Of a DNA stretch of 64,000 bases, positions 52,930 through 64,000 are shown piece after piece. Source of the DNA: Eledone cirrhosa (taxonomy: Eukaryota); assembly GCA_964016885.1 (NCBI GenBank), contig OZ024757.1, positions 35,154,001-35,218,000 on the forward strand, in the 5' to 3' direction. The notes beneath the pieces were generated by a model that had not been told where the DNA came from, made no database searches, and was given only the letters and a program-made list of their open reading frames with translations. The translations under genes and the position numbers were made by a program. Every line of letters starts with the position of its first letter. The stretch's first letter is position 1.

Positions 52930-53609
52930 TCTGCAATTAAAACTACATTTATTTCACTTCATTTGGTGTTACCACCCGGCAGAGGCCCGTATAGCTTTCA
53001 TATTCAGAGTCAAACATATCACTACACCCCCATCTCTGTAACCTGCAGAAAATACACCACAATATGGCCAGTTATATATTATTGATGGGAACGAAGGTAT
53101 GTAGCACAGATTGGAAGTACAACCAAATAATTGTTTCTGGCACAAGGCCAGCAATTACTGGTACTTTATTCTATCGACCTCATAAGGATGAAAACAAAGT
53201 CAACCTTGGAGGGATTTGAACCCAGAACGTAAATGGCCATAACCCTATGCTGTAAAGCATGGTGTCTGGCGCTCTACCGATACTGCCAATCCACTGCCCT
53301 AGTACCAACAAATAATTGTTTCTACTATTGGCACAAGGCCAGAAATTACCCAGTACATTACTGGTACTTTATTTTATCGACCCCGTAAGGATGAAAGGCA
53401 AAGTCAACCTCGGCGGGATTTGAACTCAGATCGTAAAGGGACGTAACTATGCTGGAAAGCATGGCGTCCGACCCTCTACCGATACTGCCAATCCACCGCC
53501 CTAGTACCAACAAATAATGACTGCTCACCACAAAAAATGGCTATGATAAGAGAAGTGTTGCATGAATGTAATCCATATGTCGAAGTGTACAATACAATGC
53601 ATGGCATCA
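52930..53609 (+). mobile_element. Helitron fragment duplicate 3, further 5'-truncated, carrying two tandem SINEs
   Basis: Starts at TCTGCAATTAAAAC (mid-ORF). Shared SINE at 53132-53300, extra SINE at 53317-53501, same right breakpoint. Confidence 0.9.
53317..53501 (-). mobile_element. Intact tRNA-derived SINE with perfect 17-bp flanking direct repeat, private to duplicate 3
   Basis: TAGTACCAACAAATAAT at 53300-53316 and 53502-53518. A box (reverse complement TGGCAGTATCGG) and B box (reverse complement GAGTTCAAATCCC) are both intact. Confidence 0.88.
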
Positions 53610-54545
53610 CAAATGAATATATATATATATATATATATATATACTACTAAAGTGTATGTAAAATTTTAAAATAAATACTTAAATTCAATTTGTATAATTA
53701 CACATACAATATGTTTTGTTGTAAAACCCTAAATAATGATTTAAGAAATGATGTCAATCTCTTTGTACAGAGAAAAACAATTTATATATATGCATTGTGT
53801 GCGCCTGTATACTCCATTTAAGACAGTGAAAAACCTAGTACCTCCTTCAAAGAATGCCAAATAGTTTATGCCTAAGGTGTAACACTAATTAAGTTACCGG
53901 TGTAGATATTTCAGTTGAACCCTGCTTCAAACATGCATATTATTATTATATATTTTCAAACACACTTACATACATTATATTTATACACATAGAAATAATA
54001 AGTTAAAACTAAAGTATAATGATATAACAACAGTATATAATAGTTTTCTTCACTTTATTGAGATGCAATCGTTTTAAAGAAAAAACATGACAGTATAAGA
54101 AATATTTAATATGAGAACATAATATTTCAGGTAGGATGGTGGTTTCTCTATGATGGTGGTTTCTCTTTGAACTAATAATTGTTTCTATTTTAGGCACAAG
54201 GTCAGTAATTAACCAGTACATTACTGGTACTTTATTTTATCGACCCCGTAAGGATGAAAGGCAAAGTTGACCTCGGATCGTAAAGGGACGTAACTATGCT
54301 GGAAAGCATGGCGTCAGACCCTCTACCGATACTGCCAATTCACCATACAGTATAATTATACAAATATGCATATAGATAGCAATATATATACACTAATATG
54401 TATGTACATATTTACACATATGTACATATATATAGGGAGAGAGAGAGACACATGTATGTATATATATATACACATGCGTGTATGTATGTGTGTTTATGTA
54501 CATTCTTCTGTATATATATATGAGTCACGGTTTATTACACATTGG
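53610..54545. repeat. AT-rich spacer copy 3, with B-box-deleted SINE (54180-54344, minus)
   Basis: Near identity to 13078-13995 and 34423-35355. Confidence 0.9.
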
Positions 54546-54925
54546 AGACACAGAGAGAGAGAGTTGTAACGAGAGGTGAGAGAGAGAGAGTTGTAACGAG
54601 AGGTGAGAGAGAGAGAGTTGGAACGAGAGAGAGAGAGAGTTGAAACGAGAGGAGAGAGAGTTGAAACAAGAGAGGAGAGAGAGAGAGTTGAAACGAGGAG
54701 AGAGTTGAAACAAGAGGGTGAGGGGAGAGAGGGGAGAGAGTGATGAAACGAGTTGGAGATAGTGTGAAAGAGAGAGAGAGAGGAAGAGAGAGAGAGAGAG
54801 GAAGAGAGAGGAAGAGAGGAGAAGAGAGAGAGAGAGGGAGAGAGGGGGTTGAAACAAGAGAGAGGGGGATGAAACAAGAGGGTGAGGGATGAAACAAGAG
54901 AGAGAGGGGAGAGAAAGAGAGAGGG

Positions 54926-54965
<40 letters not shown>

Positions 54966-57900
54966 ATTGAAACAAGAGAGAGATGAAACAAGTGAGGGAT
55001 TAGAGAGAGATGAAACAAGTGAGGGATTAGAGTGTTGAAACAAGAGAGAGAGAGGAAGAGAGAGAGAGAGCGAGATGAAATGAGAGAGAGAGAGTGAGAT
55101 GAAATGAGAGAGAGAGAGCGAGATGAAACGAGACAGGGAGAGCGAGATGAAACGAGAGAGTGAGAGCGAGATGAAACGAGAGAAAGAGAGCGAGATGAAA
55201 CGAGAGGGAGCGAGATGAAATGAGAGAGAGAGATGAGATGAAATGAGAGAGAGAGAGCGAGATGAAACGAGACAGAGAGAGCGGGATGAAACGAGAGAGA
55301 GAGAGAGCGAGATGAAACGAGAGAGAGAGAGCGAGATGAAACGAGAGTGAGAGAGCGAGATGAAACAAGAGAGTGAGAGCGAGATGAAATGAGAGAGAGA
55401 GAGAGAGTACGAGATGAAATGAGAGAGAGAGAGAGCGAGATGAAATGAGACATAGAATGATGAAACGAGAGAGAGATGAAACGAGAGAGAGAGGAAACGA
55501 GAGAGAGGAAACGAGAGTAGAGAGCGAGATGAAACAGGAGAGAGAGAGCGAGATGAAACAGGAGAGAGAGAGCGAGATGAAACGAGACGGAGAGAGAGAT
55601 GAAACGAGAGAGCGAGAGAGAGATAGAGGGAGATGAAACGACAGAGAGAGAGACAGATGAAATGAGAGAGATAGAGATGAAATGAGAGAGAGGAAGAGAG
55701 AGATAGAATGAGAGAGAGGAAGAGAGAGATGAAACTAGAGAGAGGAAGACAGAGGTGAAAAGAGAGAGAGAGAGAGAGCGAGATGAAACGAGAGAGAGAT
55801 GAAGCGAGAGAGCGAGATGAAACGAGAGAGAGAGCGAGATGAAACGAGAGAGAGGAAGAGAGAGAGCGCGAGATGAAACTCTGTCATGGACATATCAGCC
55901 CCTGGGGCTAATAATTGTCATGTAATGTTATGGACATCTATGCCCCTGTGGCTAATAATTCTGTCATGTAATGTTATGGACATCTCTGCCCCTGTGGCTA
56001 ATAATTCTGACATGTAATGTTATGGACATCTCTGCCCCTGTAGCTAATAATTCTGACATGTAATGTTATGGACATCTCTGCCCCTGTGGCTAATAAATTC
56101 GTCATGTAATGTTATGGACATCTCTGCCCCTGTGGCTAATAAATCTGTCATGTAATGTTATGGACATCTCTGCCCCTGTGGCTAATAATTCTGACATGTA
56201 ATGTTATGGACATCTCTGCCCCTGTGGCTAATAATTCTGACATGTAATGTTATGGAGATCTCTGCCCCTGTGGCTAATAATTCTGAGAGAGATGAAACAA
56301 GTGAGGGATTAGAGTGTTGAAACAAGAGAGAGGAAGAGAGAGTGAGAGCGAGATTAAACGAGAGAGAGAGAGCGAGATGAAATGAGAGAGTGAGAGCGAG
56401 ATGAAACGAGAGAGAGAGAGCGAGATGAAATGAGAGAGAGAGAGCGAGATGAAATGAGAGAGAGAGAGCGAGATGAAATGAGACAGAGAGAGCGGGATGA
56501 AACGAGACAGAGAGAGCGAGAGCGAGATGAAACGAGACAGAGAGAGCGAGATGAAACGAGAGAGAGAGAGGGAGATGAAATGAGAGAGAGAGAGCGAGAT
56601 GAAACGAGAGAGTGAGAGCGAGATGAAACGAGAGAGAGGAAGAGAGAGATGGAACGAGAGGGAGGAAGAGAGAGATGGAACTAGAGAGAGGAAGACAGAG
56701 ATGAAACGAGAGAGAGAGAGAGCGAGATGAAAAGAGAGAGAGGAAGAGAGAGAGCGCGAGATGAAACGAGAGAGAGAGAGAGCGAGATGAAACGAGAGAG
56801 TGGAAAAGAGAGAGCGCGAGATGAAACGAGAGAGAGAGAGAGCGCGAGATGAAAGTCTGTCATGTAATGTTATGGACATATCTGCCCTTGGGGCTAATAA
56901 TTGTCATGTAATGTTATGGACATCTCTGCCCCTGTGGCTAATAAATCTGTCATGTAATGTTATGGACATCTCTGCCCCTGTGGCTAATAATTCTGACATG
57001 TAATGTTATGGACATCTCTGCCACTGTGGCTAATAAATCTGACATGTAACGTTATGGACATCTCTGCCCCTGTGGCTAATAATTCTGAGAGAGATGAAAC
57101 AAGTGAGGGATTAGAGAGAGATGAAACAAGTGAGGGATTAGAGTGTTGAAACAAGAGAGAGAGAGGAAGAGAGAGTGAGAGCGAGATGAAATGAGAGAGT
57201 GAGAGCGAGATGAAACGAGAGAGAGAGAGAGCGAGATGAAATGAGAGAGAGAGAGCGAGATGAAATGAGAGAGAGAGAGCGAGATGAAACGAGACAGAGA
57301 GAGCGGGATGAAACGAGACAGAGAGAGCGAGATGAAATGAGAGAGAGAGAGAGCGAGATGAAACGAGACAGACAGAGAGAGATGAAACGAGAGAGAGAGA
57401 GCGAGATGAAATGAGAGAGAGAGAGAGCGAGATGAAACGAGAGTGTGAGAGCTAGATGAAACGATAGAGAGAGGAAACGAGAGAGAGAGGAAACGAGAGA
57501 GAGGAAACGAGAGAGAGGAAGCGAGAGTAGAGAGCGAGATGAAACAGGAGAGAGAGAGAGCGAGATGAAACAGGAGAGAGAGAGCGAGATGAAACGAGAG
57601 GGAGAGAGAGATGAAACGAGAGAGCGAGAGAGAGATAGAGGGAGATGAAATGACAGAGAGAGAGACAGATGAAACGAGGGAGATAGAGATGAAACGAGAG
57701 AGAGAGATGAAACGAGAGAGAGGAAGAGAGAGATGGAACGAGAGAGGGGAAGAGAGAGATGGAACGAGAGAGAGGAAGACAGAGATGAAACGAGAGAGAG
57801 AGAGAGCAAGATGAAACGAGAGAGAGGAAGAGAGAGAGTGCGAGATGAAACGAGAGAGAGAGAGAGAGATGAAACGAGAGAGAGGAAGACAGAGCGCGAG

Positions 57901-60900
57901 ATGAAACGAGAGAGAGCGCGAGATGAAAGTCTGTCATGTAATGTTATGGACATATCTGCCCTAGGGGCTAATAATTGTCATGTAATGTTATGGACATCTC
58001 TGCCCCTGTGGCTAATAATTCTGTCATGTAATGTTATGGCCATCTCTGCCCCTGTGGCTAATAATTCTGTCATGTAATGTTATGGACATCTCTGCCCCTG
58101 TGGCTAATAATTCTGTCATGTAATGTTATGGACACCTCTGCCCCTGTGGCTAATAAATTCGTCATGTAATGTTATGGACATCTCTGCCCCTGTGGCTAAT
58201 AAATCTGTCATGTAATGTTATGGACATCTCTGCCCCTGTGGCTAATAATTCTAAGAGAGATGAAACAAGTGAGGGATTAGAGAGAGATGAAACAAGTGAG
58301 GGATTAAAGTGTTGAAACAAGAGAGAGAGAGGAAGAGAGAGTGAGAGCGAGATGAAACGAGAGAGAGAGAGCGAGATGAAATGAGAGAGTGAGAGCGAGA
58401 TGAAACGAGAGAGAGAGAGCGAGATGAAATGAGAGAGAGAGAGCGAGATGAAATGAGAGAGAGAGAGCGAGATGAAAGTCTGTCATGTAATGTTATGGAC
58501 ATATCTGCCCTAGGGGCTAATAATTGTCATGTAATGTTATGGACATCTCTGCCCCTGTGGCTAATAATTATGTCATGTAATGTTATGGCCATCTCTGCCC
58601 CTGTGGCTAATAATTCTGTCATGTAATGTTATGGACATCTCTGCCCCTGTGGCTAATAAATTCGTCATGTAATGTTATGGACATCTCTGCCCCTGTGGCT
58701 AATAAATCTGTCATGTAATGTTATGGACATCTCTGCCCCTGTGGCTAATAATTCTAAGAGAGATGAAACAAGTGAGGGATTAGAGAGAGATGAAACAAGT
58801 GAGGGATTAAAGTGTTGAAACAAGAGAGAGAGAGGAAGAGAGAGTGAGAGCGAGATCAAACGAGAGAGAGAGAGCGAGATGAAATGAGAGAGTGAGAGCG
58901 AGATGAAACGAGAGAGAGAGAGCGAGATGAAATGAGAGAGAGAGAGCGAGATGAAATGAGAGAGAGAGAGCGAGATGAAACGACAGAGAGAGAGCGGGAT
59001 GAAATGAGAGAGAGAGAGCGAGATGAAATGAGAGAGAGAGAGCGAGATGAAACGAGAGAGTGAGAGCGAGATGGAACGAGACAGAGAGAGCGAGATGAAA
59101 CGAGACAGAGAGAGCGAGATGAAACGAGACAGAGAGAGCGAGAGCGAGATGAAACGAGACAGAGAGAGCGAGATGAAACGAGAGAGAGAGAGCGAGATGA
59201 AATGAGAGAGTGAGAGCGAGATGAAACGAGAGAGAGAGAGAGAGAGAGCGAGATGAAATGAGAGAGAGAGAGCGAGATGAAATGAGAGAGAGAGAGCGAG
59301 ATGAAACGAGACAGAGAGAGCGGGATGAAACGAGACAGAGAGAGCGAGAGCGAGATGAAACGAGACAGAGAGAGTGAGATGAAACGAGAGAGAGAGAGTG
59401 AGATGAAATGAGAGAGAGAGAGCGAGATGAAACGAGAGAGTGAGAGCGAGATGAAACGAGAGAGAGAGGAAACGAGAGAGACGAAACGAGAGAGAGGAAA
59501 CGAGAGTAGAGAGCGAGATGAAACAGGAGAGAGAGAGCGAGATGAAACAGGAGAGAGAGATCGAGATGAAACGAGAGAGCGAGAGAGAGATCGAGGGAGA
59601 TGAAACGACAGAGAGAGAGAGACAGATGAAACGAGGGAGATAGAGATGAAACGAGAGAGAGAGATGAAACGAGAGAGAGGAAGAGAGAGATGGAACGAGA
59701 GAGAGGAAGTCAGAGATGAAACGAGAGAGAGAGAGAGCAAGATGAAACGAGAGAGAGAGATGAAACGAGAGAGAGGAAGAGAGAGATGGAACGAGAGAGA
59801 GGAAGAGAGAGAGGAAGCCAGAGATGAAACGAGAGAGAGAGAGAGAGAGATGAAACGAGAGAGAGGAAGAGAGAGAGAGCGCAAGATGAAACGAGAGAGA
59901 GAGAGCGAGATGAAACGAGAGAGAGGAAGAGAGAGAGCGCGAGATGAAACGAGAGAGAGGAAGAGAGAGAGCGCGAGATGAAACGAGAGAGAGAGAGCGA
60001 GATGAAATGAGAGAGAGAGAGCGAGATGAAACGAGACAGAGAGAGCGGGATGAAACGAGACAGAGAGATCGAGATGAAATGAGAGAGAGAGAGCAAGATG
60101 AAATGAGAGAGAGAGAGCGAGATGAAACGAGAGAGTGAGATCGAGATGGAACGAGTCAGAGAGAGCGAGATGAAACGAGAGAGTGAGAGCTAGATGAAAC
60201 GAGAGAGAGGAAACGAGAGAGAGAGGAAACGAGAGAGAGGAAACGAGAGAGAGGAAACGAGAGTAGAGAGCAAGATGAAACAGGAGAGAGAGAGAGCGAG
60301 ATGAAACCGGAGAGAGAGAGCGAGATGAAACGAGAGGGAGGGAGAGATGAAACGAGAGAGCGAGAGAGAGATAGAGGGAGATGAAACGAGAGAGTGACAG
60401 CTAGATGAAACGAGAGAGAGAGGAATAGAGAGATGGAACGAGAGAGAGAGGAAGACAGATATGAAACGAGAGAGAGAGAGAGCGAGATGAAACGAGAGAG
60501 ATGAAGAGAGAGAGCGCGAGATGAAATGAGAGAGAGAGAGCGAGATGAAACGAGAGAGAGGAAGAGAGAGAGCGCGAGATGAAAGTCTGTCATGTAATGT
60601 TATGGACATATCTGCCCTTGGGGCTAATAGTTGTCATTTAATGTTATGGACATATCTGCCCTTGGGGCTAATAATTGTCATGTAATGTTATGGATATCTC
60701 TGCCCCTGTGGCTAATAATTCTGTCATGTAATGTTATGGACATCTCTGCCCCTGTGGCTAATAATTCTGTCATGTAATGTTATGGACATCTCTGCCCCTG
60801 TGGCTAATAATTCTGTCATGTAATGTTATGGACATCTCTGCCCCTGTGGCTAATAAATCTGACATGTAATGTTATGGACATCTGTGCCCCTGTGGCTAAT

Positions 60901-62515
60901 AAATCTGTCATGTAATGTTATGGACATCTCTGCCCCTGTGGCTAATAATTCTGAGAGAGATGAAACAAGTGAGGGATTAGAGAGAGATGAAACAAGTGAG
61001 GGATTAGAGTGTTGAAACAAGAGAGAGGAAGAGAGAGTGAGAGCGAGATCAAACGAGAGAGAGAGAGCGAGATGAAATGAGAGAGAGAGAGCGAGATGAA
61101 ACAAGACAGAGAGAACGGGATGAAACGAGACAGAGAGAGCGAGAGCGAGATGAAACGAGACAGAGAGAGCGAGATGAAACGAGAGAGAGAGAGCGAGATG
61201 AAATGAGAGAGAGAGAGCGAGATGAAATGAGAGAGAGAGAGCGAGATGAAACGAGAGAGTGAGAGCGAGATGGAACGAGAGAGAGAGAGAGAGCGAGATG
61301 AAATGAGAGAGAGAGAGCGAGATGAAATGAGAGAGAGAGAGAGAGCGAGATGAAACGAGACAGAGAGAGCGGGATGAAACGAGACAGAGAGAGCGAGAGC
61401 GAGATGAAACGAGACAGAGAGAGCGAGATGAAACGAGAGAGAGATAGTGGGAGATGAAACGACAGAGAGAGAGACAGATGAAACGAGGGAGATAGATATG
61501 AAACGAGAGAGCGAGATGAAACGAGAGAGTGAGAGCGAGATGGAACGAGACAGAGAGAGCGAGATGAAACGAGAAAGAGAGAGCGAGATGTAATGAGAGA
61601 GAGAGCGAGATGAAATGAGAGAGAGAGAGCGAGATGAAACGAGAGAGTGAGAGCGAGATGGAACGAGACAGAGAGAGCGAGATGAAACGAGAGTGGGAGA
61701 GCTCGATGAAACGAGAGAGAGAGGAAACGAGAGAGAGAGGAAACGAGAGAGACGAAACGAGAGAGAGGAAACGAGAGTAGAGAGCGAGATGAAAGAGGAG
61801 AGAGAGAGCGAGATGAAACAGGAGAGAGATAGCGAGATGAAACGAGAGGGAGAGAGAGATGAAACGAGAGAGCGAGAGAGAGATAGAGGGAGATGAAACG
61901 ACAGAGAGAGAGACAGATGAAACGAGGGAGATAGAGATGAAACGAGAGAGAGGAAGAGAGAGATGGAACGAGAGAGAGGAAGAGAGAGATGGAACGAGAG
62001 AGAGGAAGACAGAGATGAAACGAGAGAGAGAGAGCAAGATGAAACGAGAGAGAGAGATTTAACGAGAGAGAGGAAGAGAGAGATGGAACGAGAGAGAGGA
62101 AGAGAGAGATGGAACGAGAGAGAGGAAGACAGAGAGCGCAAGATGAAACGAGAGAGAGAGAGAGAGAGCGAGATGAAACGAGAGAGAGGAAGAGAGAGAG
62201 CGCGAGATGAAACGAGAGAGAGGAAGTGAGAGAGCGCGAGATGAAACGAGAGAGAGAGAGCGAGATGAAATGAGAGAGTGAGAGTGAGATGAAACGAGAG
62301 AGAGAGAGAGAGAGCGTGATGAAATGAGAGAGAGAGAGCGAGATGAAATGAGAGAAAGAGAGTGAGATGAAATGAGAGAGTGAGAGCGAGATGAAACGAG
62401 ACAGGGAGAGCGAGATGAAATGAGAGAGTGAGAGCGAGATGAAACGAGAGAGTGAGAGCGAGATGAAACGAGAGAGAGAGAGAGCGAGATGACACGAGAC
62501 AGAGAGAGCGAGATG

Positions 62516-62551
<36 letters not shown>

Positions 62552-64000
62552 TGAAACGAGAGAGAGAGTGCGAAATGAAACGAGAGTGAGAGAGCGAGAT
62601 GAAACGAGAGAGTGAGAGCGAGATGAAATGAGAGAGAGAGAGAACGAGATGAAATGAGAGAGAGAGAGAGCGAGATGAAATGAGACATAGAGAGATGAAA
62701 CGAGAGAGAGATGAAACGAGAAAGAGAGGAAACGAGAGAGTGGAAACAAGAGTAGAGAGCGAGATGAAACAGGAGTGAGAGAGCGAGATGAAACAGGAGA
62801 GAGAGAGCGAGATGAAACGAGAGGGAGCGAGAGATGAAACGAGAGAGCGAGAGAGAGATAGAGGGAAATGAAACGAGAGAGAGAGAGACAGATGAAACGA
62901 GGGATATAGAGATGAAACGAGAGAGAGATATGAAACGAGAGAGAGGAAGAGAGAGATAGAACGAGAGAGAGGAAGAGAGAGATGAAACGAGAGAGAGGAA
63001 GACAGAGGTGAAACGAGAGAGAGAGAGAGCGAGATGAAACGAGAGAGAGAGCGAGATGAAACGAGAGAAAGGAAGAGAGAGAGCGCGAGATGAAACTCTG
63101 TCATGGACATCTCTGCCCATGTGGCTAATAATTCTGTCATGTAATGTTATGGACAACTCTGCCCCTGTGGCTATTAATTCTGTCATGTAATGTTATGGAC
63201 ATCTCTGCCTCTGTGGCTAATAATTCTGACATGTAATGTTATGGAATCTCTGCCCCTGTGGCTAATAAATCTGTCATGTAATGTTACGGACATCTCTGCC
63301 CCTGTGGCTAATAAATCTGTCATGTAATGTTATGGACATCTCTGCCCCTGTGGCTAATAATTCTGACATGTAATGTTATGGACATCTCTGCCCCTGTGGC
63401 TAATAATTCTGACATGTAATGTTATGGACATCTGTGCCCCTGTGGCTAATAATTCTGACATGTAATGTTATGGACATCTCTGCCCCTGTGGCTAATAATT
63501 CTGAGAGAGATGAAACAAGTGAGGGATTAGAGAGAGATGAAACAAGTGAGGGATTAGAGTGTTGAAACAAGAGAGAGGAAGAGAGAGTGAGAGCGAGATC
63601 AAACGAGAGAGAGAGAGCGAGATGAAATGAGAGAGAGAGAGCGAGATGAAACAAGACAGAGAGAGCGGGATGAAACGAGACAGAGAGAGCGAGAGCGAGA
63701 TGAAACGAGACAGAGAGAGCGAGATGAAACGAGAGAGAGAGAGCGAGATGAAATGAGAGAGAGAGAGCGAGATGAAATGAGAGAGAGAGAGCGAGATGAA
63801 ACGAGAGAGTGAGAGCGAGATGGAACAAGAGAGAGCGAGAGAGAGCGAGATGAAATGAGAGAGAGAGAGCGAGATGAAACGAGAGAGTGAGAGCGAGATG
63901 GAACGAGAGAGAGCGAGAGAGAGCGAGATGAAATGAGAGAGAGAGAGCGAGATGAAATGAGAGAGAGAGAGCGAGATGAAACGAGACAGAGAGAGCGGGA
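54546..64000 (+). repeat. Composite satellite, GA arm of macro-unit 3 (runs off the window)
   Basis: 46-bp arrays at ~55879-56284, 56855-57086, 57929-58252, 58478-58754, 60585-60952 and 63096-63502. Confidence 0.97.

Noticed and set aside
7856-63502. 46-bp repeats as a CRISPR array
   Set aside because: Units are directly tandem with no unique spacers, there are no cas genes, and the context is eukaryotic TE DNA.
8256-63828. Dozens of long ORFs (up to 765 aa) rich in Ser/Leu or Arg/Glu
   Set aside because: They are translations of TC/GA repeats that rarely contain stop codons. They overlap in all frames and show no domain signature.
12234-64000. Whole macro-repeat as a pure assembly artefact
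   Set aside because: Copies differ in junctions, SNPs, a private SINE and module order, and the palindrome arms are not mirror-identical. It cannot be fully excluded without reads.

Overview
Eukaryotic, repeat-saturated DNA with no credible host gene. The tRNA-derived SINE resembles octopus/cephalopod SINEs, but that assignment is inference from recall. Bases 1-7.8 kb are transposon debris: hAT-Charlie-like ends, a nested inverted/MITE structure, a CRE-type non-LTR retrotransposon 3' end, 40-bp and 55-bp minisatellites, and a decayed, internally deleted Helitron Rep/helicase (minus strand) carrying a SINE. From ~7.85 kb to the end (~85% of the window) lies a hierarchical composite satellite. 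Short arrays of a 46-bp unit alternate with 0.2-3 kb (GA)n/GATGAAAC polypurine blocks through fixed linkers. These modules build ~19-21 kb macro-units: [Helitron 5' fragment + SINE + ~0.9 kb spacer][GA arm][spacer-less inversion point at 23638 or 44052][TC arm], present about 2.5 times in direct tandem. The long Ser/Leu or Arg/Glu ORFs are low-complexity artefacts. Coordinates were read by eye and array edges are approximate.
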